Below the pieces are notes generated by a model. That model was not told where the DNA came from. It ran no database searches and was given only the letters and a program-made list of their open reading frames with translations. DNA of 60,268 bases, filler included, from Sphacelaria rigidula (Eukaryota): the NCBI GenBank assembly GCA_964200075.2. It is 2 parts of 2 records of this genome, joined end to end, with 100 filler letters (N's around TTAATTAATTAA, not from the genome) between each part and the next. Parts side by side here need not be neighbours in the genome. Positions count along the whole stretch, not along the records: positions 1 to 30,095 come from CAXNAA020000067.1; positions 30,196 to 60,268 come from CAXNAA020000068.1. The stretch is one strand, 5' to 3'. Numbering within the stretch: the first letter of the stretch is position 1; each line of letters starts with the position of its first letter. Position numbers and translations under genes: made by a program. Below are positions 28,301-35,567 of the stretch, in pieces.

Positions 28301-29964
28301 TTCACGTCTACCGATGGCGACTCGACGGAGACGCTGGCATCTGGTACCTGCATTAACGGCGACACAGACATGATACCTAACTTTAACGAAGGTAACCCGG
28401 TTGAGATCCAAATACAGCTCCGAACCGAGCAAAGCTGTGCGGTACACCACGCAGCTGCCTCCAGCACTAGAAGCGGCCACACACTGACCCTCTCCAAGCA
28501 TCGTCTTAGTAACACCAAAAATAAGATCGACTTGCATGCGGACGGGTAGCTCGACTACAACGAAATACTCAAGCATCCGCTCATAGGTTCTTGAAACGGT
28601 GGTCGGTGAGCTACACTCGTGCGTATTCGTGTTGAACCATGTATACCAATCTTTGTGCCGACCAAAAAGCGTCACCGAGTAGGCAACTTTACCTGCCCAC
28701 ACGCAGCCCATCGAGTTCCCGGGAAGCACCGCTTGCGATACAAATCAACAATTTGAACACCCACGACAATTACAGTCTCTTCTTCAATTGTGAGACCCAA
28801 TCAAAGTCTTACCACAGGCTTCAAAGACTGATACTACACAAAGCCGGTCACGTGTGACGGTATCACACACATCCTCACCTCAGGCTTGTCGCCCTTGCCC
28901 GCCAGACTGCCCAGCCCGACGCCGATCGCGCCCACAGTCGCCGCACCCGCTGCTGCCAGACCCGCGGTCAGAGAACTGTCTCCGGTCTTGATATCTACAT
29001 CCGGTGCCTTCACATCTACGTCGCCCGACGGCATCGACACATCCGCATCTGCCGACACCCCCGGCATCGACACATCACCAGACGGCAGATCCACCCCTCC
29101 GGTCATCGAAGGGGCGTCTACGTCCACGCTACCTGAAGGTAGCGTGACGTCAGCGTCCACGCCCGGCAGGTTTGCCCCTCCCGAAACATCTGGCACTGAC
29201 ACACCGCCGCTCACGCTCGGCAAGGACGCATCGGCCGAGACTTCCGGTGAGGAAGCATCGATACTCACGCCAGGCGAGAACGCTTTTGAGCCCGGAGCCT
29301 GTCGGTTCAAGCGGAGAACATCGAAGATTGAATTCAAGGGCACAGCGGTGACTTTACAACATCATCGAGGATCGTGCTCAGATGGACGATGAGTTCAGTG
29401 GATCATGCACGGCAAAAGCTCCCAGGAGAATGTGCAGAAATCCTGCGTGGGGTTGGGAGGGCGCCATGCTTGCGCAAGTTTTTTTCACATTCAAGTCGCG
29501 GTATGAAGGGTGTTGCCCCGAAATATGCCACATCTCAAACTAACGGTGACGACAAAACGAATTGCCCCGAAAACGCTCCTCCCGCAAGTGTTGTGAACGG
29601 CCCCAGGTTTGTCACGTTCGGTGATCGGTTGTTCGAGCAAGCGGGTATAGACTTGCATCCCCTGCTGGTTCGTCTTCCTCATCCACTATGTATCTCTCGC
29701 AGTCTGTCAAAACTGGTGTAGCCCACAGCACCTACAAACCTCCAGCGGGAAGCTTTCTTACCTGTGTGTCCCCCTTGCTACCCAGCTTTAGCATCCCGCC
29801 GACTGCGGCGGCTCCCGCCGCAGCTCCCGCCGCTATACCGCTCGCAAGACCAAGCTTCCCGCTGTCCCCTTCTGCGGAAACACCCGGGGCAGTTACGTCC
29901 AGATCGGCGGAGGGCAGCTGACCCTCAATGTTCACAGACGGACCCTGGGGGGCTTTCACCTCGT
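4072..29964 (-). CDS. Giant multi-exon gene (34 exons visible, 5'-incomplete, at least 3196 aa): acidic Pro/Val/Asp/Ser/Gly repeat protein with 12 A/B modules, compositionally AHNAK/periaxin-like, function unknown
   Basis: Hand-built GT-AG model, 5' to 3': 29762-29964, 28879-29298, 28234-28347, 27613-28011, 26118-26231, 25359-25928, 24689-24802, 24026-24466, 23437-23550, 22732-23199, 21254-21367, 20517-21032, 19854-19967, 18924-19376, 18272-18385, 17624-18058, 17090-17206, 16486-16893, 15864-15980, 15148-15690, 14521-14634, 13834-14295, 13233-13346, 11593-12060, 11311-11424, 10831-11092, 9691-9963, 9232-9408, 8450-8649, 7644-7817, 6909-6993, 5634-6377, 4896-5179, 4072-4305. Total 9593 nt = 2 + 3x3197. 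All phases join and there are no internal stops. Confidence 0.85.
4896..5179 (-). CDS. Exon of giant repeat gene (APAPAAAVTTEEAAPERGPGFFERIIDAVEDVAE...GSGEQ)
   Basis: Acceptor ttgtacag phase 1, donor CAG/gtgact phase 0; donor choice less certain. Confidence 0.7.
5634..6377 (-). CDS. Exon of giant repeat gene (ASKAEGEASGG...RFNLKFLFG...EEEQEE)
   Basis: Acceptor aaatcag, donor G/gtcagt, phase 1-1, 744 nt, acidic low-complexity ORF. Confidence 0.8.
6909..6993 (-). CDS. Exon of giant repeat gene (SSDPEDAQKSGAEATGVGAPDSGKEGAG)
   Basis: Acceptor acatcag, donor A/gtgagt, phase 0-1. Confidence 0.75.
7644..7817 (-). CDS. Exon of giant repeat gene (STSPGAAPTGG...GIGFGFGRLSGGGAKRK)
   Basis: Acceptor caaacag, donor AAG/gtaaac, phase 0-0; this frame is not shown in the ORF track. 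Confidence 0.75.
8450..8649 (-). CDS. Exon of giant repeat gene (MSATAPSV...GRFFSRLIGRKKK)
   Basis: Acceptor gtgacag phase 1, donor AAA/gtgaga phase 0. Confidence 0.75.
9232..9408 (-). CDS. Exon of giant repeat gene (HSDDSSAPSAKAVSG...APTVEG)
   Basis: Acceptor tcatcag, donor G/gtaagt, phase 1-1. Confidence 0.75.
9691..9963 (-). CDS. Exon of giant repeat gene (ALQGAIEAQTPEEPDAESPEMGG...GAVSTA)
   Basis: Acceptor tgagcag, donor G/gtgagt, phase 1-1. Confidence 0.75.
10378..10770 (+). mobile_element. tRNA-derived SINE, near full length, in an intron of the giant gene
   Basis: Head with A box TGGTTCAGCTC (10385) and GGGTCGTGGGTTCGAATC B-box region (~10422-10439). The body recurs inverted at 46956-47191, 48021-48338 and 52656-52716. 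Confidence 0.75.
10831..11092 (-). CDS. Truncated 13th A-type repeat exon (MPDADVTGSDVSGD...VVDLG), lacking the hydrophobic segment
   Basis: Acceptor gatgcag phase 0, donor G/gtaagt phase 1. Confidence 0.85.
11311..11424 (-). CDS. B exon, module 12 (VPGTSISVEAPSVDEKKRKKGFGFGGIFKKPSVKAGLK)
   Basis: 114 nt, phase 0-0, AG/GT boundaries. Confidence 0.9.
11593..12060 (-). CDS. A exon, module 12
   Basis: 468 nt, phase 0-0, MPDADV...GKGDKPE. Confidence 0.9.
13233..13346 (-). CDS. B exon, module 11
   Basis: 114 nt, phase 0-0, TPDAGISVETPAVDERKPKKGFGFGGIFKKPSVKAGLK. Confidence 0.9.
13834..14295 (-). CDS. A exon, module 11
   Basis: 462 nt, phase 0-0. Confidence 0.9.
14521..14634 (-). CDS. B exon, module 10
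   Basis: 114 nt, phase 0-0. Confidence 0.9.
15148..15690 (-). CDS. A exon, module 10
   Basis: 543 nt, phase 0-0, TAG acceptor. Confidence 0.9.
15864..15980 (-). CDS. B exon, module 9 (117-nt KKSSFGLSGIFKKSPGR variant)
   Basis: 117 nt, phase 0-0. Confidence 0.9.
16486..16893 (-). CDS. A exon, module 9
   Basis: 408 nt, phase 0-0. Confidence 0.9.
17090..17206 (-). CDS. B exon, module 8 (117-nt KKSSFGFSGIFKKSPGR variant)
   Basis: 117 nt, phase 0-0. Confidence 0.9.
17624..18058 (-). CDS. A exon, module 8
   Basis: 435 nt, phase 0-0. Confidence 0.9.
18272..18385 (-). CDS. B exon, module 7
   Basis: 114 nt, phase 0-0. Confidence 0.9.
18924..19376 (-). CDS. A exon, module 7
   Basis: 453 nt, phase 0-0. 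Confidence 0.9.
19854..19967 (-). CDS. B exon, module 6
   Basis: 114 nt, phase 0-0, MPDASVSVESPSLEVKKPKKSFGFGGMFKKPSGKAAFK. Confidence 0.9.
20517..21032 (-). CDS. A exon, module 6
   Basis: 516 nt, phase 0-0. Confidence 0.9.
21254..21367 (-). CDS. B exon, module 5
   Basis: 114 nt, phase 0-0. Confidence 0.9.
22732..23199 (-). CDS. A exon, module 5
   Basis: 468 nt, phase 0-0. Confidence 0.9.
23437..23550 (-). CDS. B exon, module 4
   Basis: 114 nt, phase 0-0. Confidence 0.9.
24026..24466 (-). CDS. A exon, module 4
   Basis: 441 nt, phase 0-0. Confidence 0.9.
24689..24802 (-). CDS. B exon, module 3
   Basis: 114 nt, phase 0-0. Confidence 0.9.
25359..25928 (-). CDS. A exon, module 3
   Basis: 570 nt, phase 0-0; the longest A exon. 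Confidence 0.9.
26118..26231 (-). CDS. B exon, module 2
   Basis: 114 nt, phase 0-0. Confidence 0.9.
27613..28011 (-). CDS. A exon, module 2
   Basis: 399 nt, phase 0-0. Confidence 0.9.
28234..28347 (-). CDS. B exon, module 1
   Basis: 114 nt, phase 0-0. Confidence 0.9.
28879..29298 (-). CDS. A exon, module 1 (divergent start APGSKAFSPG)
   Basis: 420 nt, phase 0-0, acceptor ccgacag. Confidence 0.85.
29762..29964 (-). CDS. Most 5' visible exon (EVKAPQGPSVNIEGQLPSADLDV...GIAAGAAAGAAAVGGMLKLGSKGDTQ), a divergent A-like unit
   Basis: Acceptor aacacag phase 1 (so an upstream exon must exist), donor CAG/gtaaga phase 0. Confidence 0.75.
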
Positions 29965-30095
29965 CTGTGTTTGGGTCAACAGCATAGAGAGGCAGGCTAT
30001 TTTTCAAACTTCGGATATCTCATCATACCACGGTTAGGACAAATAATGAGTCGTCACGAAATTACTTGGTTTTAGTATAGTAAGTTGACTCGTGA

Positions 30096-30195
30096 NNNNN
30101 NNNNNNNNNNNNNNNNNNNNNNNNNNNNNNNNNNNNNNNTTAATTAATTAANNNNNNNNNNNNNNNNNNNNNNNNNNNNNNNNNNNNNNNNNNNN
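30096..30195. other. Assembly gap with artificial TTAATTAATTAA linker
   Basis: N runs flanking TTAATTAATTAA at 30140-30151. Confidence 0.9.
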
Positions 30196-30304
30196 CCCCT
30201 CCAGTCCCCCCCCCCTCTCTCCCGCCGCCGCCGCCCGGTCCCTCGTTCCGGCCGGCGGGCCGGGGGGGGGGGGGGGGGGGGGGGTGTTAGCTTCGTTATA
30301 TCAC

Positions 30305-30700
30305 ATTTCATGTCTTTGTCCGGGTTGTATTCTAGTTAGTGCAAAGAAACAAATGGCAGTTGTTTTTTTTCACGACTATATCCGGTCTGCGTTCTGGTGC
30401 TGCAAAGAAAAGTTCAGACAACTTATTTTTTTCATGTCTACATCCGTGCTGTGTTTTGGTAATGCGAAGAAAAATCGGCTAGCTTCTTTATCTCATGTCC
30501 ATGTCCGGGCTGTGTCGTAATTAAAAAAAAAAAAAAAAAAATAGCTTTGCTATCTCATGCCCATGTCCGGGCTGTGTTCTGGTGACGCAAAAAAATGTAT
30601 GGTTTCGTTACGTCATGTCTTATTCGGTCTCTATTTTTACATGGGAGCACAAATTGTTTATTTTTGTAATTTCATGTCTACTGCGTCTGTTGGTCTGGGG
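30305..30700. repeat. Degenerate ~60-bp minisatellite, about 7 units
   Basis: Recurring TCATGTC..TGTCCGGGCTGTGTT core followed by an A-rich tract. Confidence 0.6.
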
Positions 30701-33700
30701 CATTGTTCGTTGTCTGTTGCAGGCCTCTAGTACATTTTTAGTGACAGGCTGTATATTTCATGTGTAGATTCTAGTGGCTTCTTCTAACGGAGTTGTTGCC
30801 ACTCGACGCCAACCCAGGAGTCTAAAGAGAAGTAGGGGGGGGGGGGTGAGGGGAGGCTTCAGAATTGCAGCAGTATGCTCAAGAGTCGAATGGTTGCCGG
30901 TCCCTGCGTGACCTGACAGCAAAAGCATCTATGTTCGAAGAAGGGGAACATCGCGCAGGGAGTACGCGCACGATACTGCTGGTACCTTCAGTAGGATCCA
31001 CGATAGACGTGCGGAGATAAGTAGGTTCGAATATATAACGAAGAAGTCTCACGTGAACACGGCTGTACACTTCTGGTGCCGACATCCACTTGGAAGATAT
31101 TATGCGTGACTTCACTGCTCACGAGACTGCGATTTGAATCCTGGTCCGATTGTCTACTTGCATCGATCCTTCCTCTGGCACGGGGTGGGGAGTGGGGGGG
31201 GTGGTTCGGAGGGAGTGTGTGATTCAGAGGGGAGCGAAGCGGAGGAGGGGGGTATCCGGCAGAGCGAGAGCACAATATACACGAATTATTGTTAGTACTT
31301 CACAGCAGTCAGTTTGATATCTTGACTGAGGACTAAGGTAGGTAAGGGGCAGCCATGCTGATCTCCTCGCCCTCTCACGCCTCGGCATAAGCTTCCTCTC
31401 TCTTGAGTACTGTGAACAAGCGTACGAGTGGGGAGCGTAGGTATTAACCAAGACTAATACAAGGTGCGCTATTCACCCAGTGGGACTTGATAGACACCTA
31501 CACGTTTCAGATAAACTTTCGCTTCTGATTTTATCACACTATTCCGGGTATTTACGTGCTGTTTCTCAATCGTAATTTGCTATACGAGCTATATGCTGTT
31601 CTTGTCTTCTCCCAGAACAAAACATGAGGTCCAAATATCGCACCTGCGACGTTTACTTCATCCAATACACCCGCGGGAAAATACACACTTTTCTGCTGTT
31701 TAATGAACCGCTCTCTTGAGTCGTTACCCGCTCAATCCAATAAATTGTGCCTCTTTGTCTTTCCACCTACACGTCGCACTCGGTGGAGTGATGAAAGGAT
31801 ATCCAAATAATGCTCGCGCCTCGAGAAACAATTGCTGAACCCCATTCGGGAAAAAGCTGGAGCTCGAACTAGAATATCGAGGTCGTCCTGCCCCCCCTCC
31901 TACGCACCGTTGACTTCGCCTCTGTTCAACTGACGACAACATAAGATTTTTTGTAAAAAGATTACAACTGTGACGCAGGTTAAGCTCAACCACCTTTTTC
32001 CGTCGCTTCGCCCGAGCTAGTGCCCTCGCGATCTCCTCAGATGTCAAATCCCGGTCCACATCAAACAGTTCATCTTCTGTGTCATCATCAGAGTCCGTCG
32101 CTTGGTCATCCCCCCCTTCCCCACCATCCCAATCGATCTGCTGCGCCTCTTCGCTCCAAACGGTGGTTCCCTGCGTGGCAGCCATGGGCAGGCTGCTCGA
32201 ACCAACCCCGTTGCCCTGTGATTCCCGCGAAGCCATTTCAATCACGGGCCAGGAATGAAGCAAGCAGAAACAATGTAGGGGGGTGGACGGGTACCCGGGT
32301 GAAGAGTACTGTCAGCCGGAGCGTCCCTCGTACGTTACCCAGAAGCTGGCGGTCTCCGTCGCCGAGAGGTCTTCTGAGAAGAGTAGCACTACATCAGCGG
32401 TGCACCACAACCCCCCGTATCGCAGTGGTGCGTGACCGACGGTATTGCTACCCGATATTGCTGGCCTCCGCCTTTCCTATATCGCTCCGTGGACCCACCA
32501 CCCTCACGGTTTTCTGAAAAATGACATGATGCCCCGAGAGATCTTGAACCACAGTATGCAGCAGAGCCTGTGGAGCAGCACAATCCCGTACAGAAGAAAC
32601 GCGGAAGGAAGGGCGTCGAGCTTCAAGTCAGCCAGAGATAGTGTGGCATGTCTAACTGCACAAATAGGATATTTGTGAAGCAGGCAGATCGATCCAAGCA
32701 CAAGCATGGGAACCACGTCACGTGGTTGTTTCTGTTTGTGCGGTGGGTGGGTGGGGAGGGTCCATAACCTAGAACTACGGATACCTCTGCACCCCTCCTC
32801 TTCCCCTTCTTTCGGTGGGAACTATTCCGAGTTTTTAGCGTAAGTCATGCTGCTGTAATTATATTAACTCTCTCCCAACGGGCGGTGAGTTGAACGCTGT
32901 TTCTTCACACCAAAAAAGCGACCCGCTGTGTACGCTTTTAAGCGCCAGGGGGGGGTCACCTGGGTCTGAGTCACTTCTCGAGCGAAAATGATGCCGACTC
33001 AATAGATTGCCCACCCTCGCGGTCAGAGGGCTATTGAACACGTGCCAAGAAAAGATAAGCATCACGTTTGTTTCAAGAAGAAATTCGCCTTCAAGAGAAA
33101 CGGTGCGCGGAATTTTTCACAAGACAACGAGCAGCCGGTGGGAAACCACCAAAATCGTGTTCACAAGCAGAGAAGAAACGCAGCAGTGCAGCACCACCAG
33201 CCTCAGATAGGCCTCGGGAGTTTTATACACTTTTCAAGTCGCCCTTCTCTTCGGGACGGACCAACGAAAACAAAAACTTGCACCTTAAAGAGGGATCGGT
33301 TAAGTGAGGCAGCACAGGAGGTCTCCCAAAATCGGCTGTTAAACATTCTTGGGGACAGGGAGGGTATTGTCCAGCGGATGTTTCGCGGCTCCAATGTGCA
33401 TAGAGTTATCAGAGTAGCACCCACCTAGCACAACGTCGATGAGAATACCCTTGCCCCATCCTATAAGTACCCCTCAATCCATTACAGGTTAAAGGTTAAG
33501 CACGAAAATTGGTTACACGAATTAGGGTTTCAAAGCACAGTCTCGTGAAGGAGAGGTTGGTGAAGTCACGGTAGAGTTTGTGCTAGAAAATAACGCATGT
33601 GTTTAAAGATGCCAATGTATTGTGCACTGGACTATTGAACTATCTCTTCATGTCTTGGCCGTGAAGGACACGCCGCCACTGATGGGGATGACGGCGCCTC

Positions 33701-35101
33701 ATACTGGCGTCAAGGATTTCGTTGCTCTTGCAGCTGTATCTTGCAGCATTCTATCGCTCAGTACAAAATAAAAAAATACTAGGCGTTAGGAGAGCGACGA
33801 GCGCGCTCGAGCGGGCCACTGAAACGAGGTAGGTGATCATTAATACCTACAATATTCATGTCGATGACCCTGAGCTAAAATTAAATAGTGGCTACATCAC
33901 ATGTCATGCACAGTGTACACTTGTTTTGCAAATGATCATTCGGATTTGCCCTCCAAATATGCTTCGTGGCCCTAGCAGCAGCTTCGGTGCTTGCGTTTGC
34001 CCTCCAATGATGCCCCGCAGTCGTTCAACGGCAGAGATAGAGAGTTGTACTCATGATTTCGCATGCCGTAATCATATGGCCAGTGACCTCGCATCCCCAT
34101 AAAGCCGGGACGGACAACGCCAGGTTTTAGCCGAACCAGGCTCGCAATCACCAAGCGCCAAGCGCCGTGATGTGGTCGGCGAGTCGCATGAAGGGTGAGC
34201 TACGTTACGCGAAAATTGTTCGGCCCGAGGCGCACCGGTTATCTTGCACATGGATGACAGCCTACAATGAATTGCTTCGTTTATCTGGTATCGCCACTTC
34301 CAGAGACAGCCACGGGCTACACACTGCCTCATGGGCGTCCCACCATATAAACACTGTGTAGGATGATCGTCTCCTTTGCGCGGGGTTGGGATTCTCCACC
34401 GCCCCCAATATGACCTAGCTGGACAATCATGATTCCCGCAAAACAGGACGCAAGCGAAAAAGCTCCGGTAACCTGGTTGCCTAGCTTACGCAGTGATTGG
34501 CGTGTTTTACAGTGTCGTTGCCAACCGATGCCAACCCTCACGAGGAGGGGGGAGGTTACGGCATCATTCCAGCCACGCCGTTTTCTCCTATCGTACTGTC
34601 CCAAGTAGGGTCGTGGCTGTTCCGTGGAACAAGCGCGCACAAGGTCATAGATATGTGTTCAGTCGGACGAACCAGGAAGAAATGTTGTCTCATATAACAT
34701 ATTGCGTGTTTTTTGCTGTCCACAACGGACCCTGGTGTAAACGCCCCTTTCCCCACTTTGTAAAAAAGTGGCGATTTTGATTATCCTCTATCATTGAACA
34801 ACTACCCGGTCGATCGAGGAAAGTCAAGGTACGCAGATCCATCCTTGTGGCACCCGCAGAAGCGAGAGAAGACAGTACAGTACAAATATCGCACCAAAAT
34901 AAACACGAGTACCTGTGTATGCTTGCCTAGCCTACAATCTAGCTGCACAGCGGATACATGGGCGCTCTTGTCCTCCTTGCTTTCATTGCTAAAGACGGTA
35001 CTGTACACCTACCGCGAGCAGTATGTCTACCGGAAGGGAGAGTTTCGCCAGGCTACTGCCTCCTGTATGTCCTTTGACAGCGTCGTTTGAAACACATCTA
35101 T

Positions 35102-35567
35102 TGTAGGTATAACCATATAGAAGGGGAAATTCCCACCAAGATCCATCGAGGAATCACCTTTTCACATTGGCGACACCATGAGATTACTCGTACGCTTTGT
35201 GAACTGAAGGTCCCAGGTTCAGATCCCGGCTCCCACCAAAAAGGGACTGAAAGCCAAGTGGGGACAAAGAGGGTAGTGAAAATGGTGGGGAGCTACACAA
35301 CTGGCGGTAGGTGACTTCGAACCAGTGCTCACAGCAAAATCTTCTGTAGAGATTGTTGGCTTGGGGTCCCAACACACGTAGAGGACATGTGAAAATAAAG
35401 TATACATCCTCACCGCTAGCCGGTGAAAAAGGTTACTCCTACAAGTCTCTGCTCGTTAGAGGAAACGAAAATCCGAAGAGACTCATAGAGGAGGGGGGAT
35501 GATGTGGGTACCCCCACGTGGAAGGGGAAAGTTCTCACAAGTGTCCCTCGAGTAGTCACCTTTTCAA
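35102..35567 (+). mobile_element. Miniature LTR element (TRIM-like) with ~65-bp terminal direct repeats, PBS and PPT
   Basis: Repeats 35102-35166 (TG...CA) and 35503-35567; TGGCGACAC at 35168; purine tract AGAGGAGGGGGGA just before the second repeat. Confidence 0.6.

Noticed and set aside
11311-29298. CRISPR-like array or cluster of separate small genes
   Set aside because: The repeats are GT-AG-bounded coding exons without their own starts or stops, and there are no cas genes.
11311-29298. Calling the gene AHNAK, periaxin or an FG-nucleoporin
   Set aside because: The similarity is compositional only; no PDZ or nucleoporin domain is visible and the exon structure differs.
10803-29392. Long plus-strand Thr/Ser/Pro-rich mucin-like ORFs (e.g. 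25318-26412, 27575-28549)
   Set aside because: They are antisense shadows of the A/B exons; splice signals and phase continuity support only the minus strand.
30140-30151. TTAATTAATTAA as a piggyBac site
   Set aside because: It is embedded in Ns, so it is an assembly linker.
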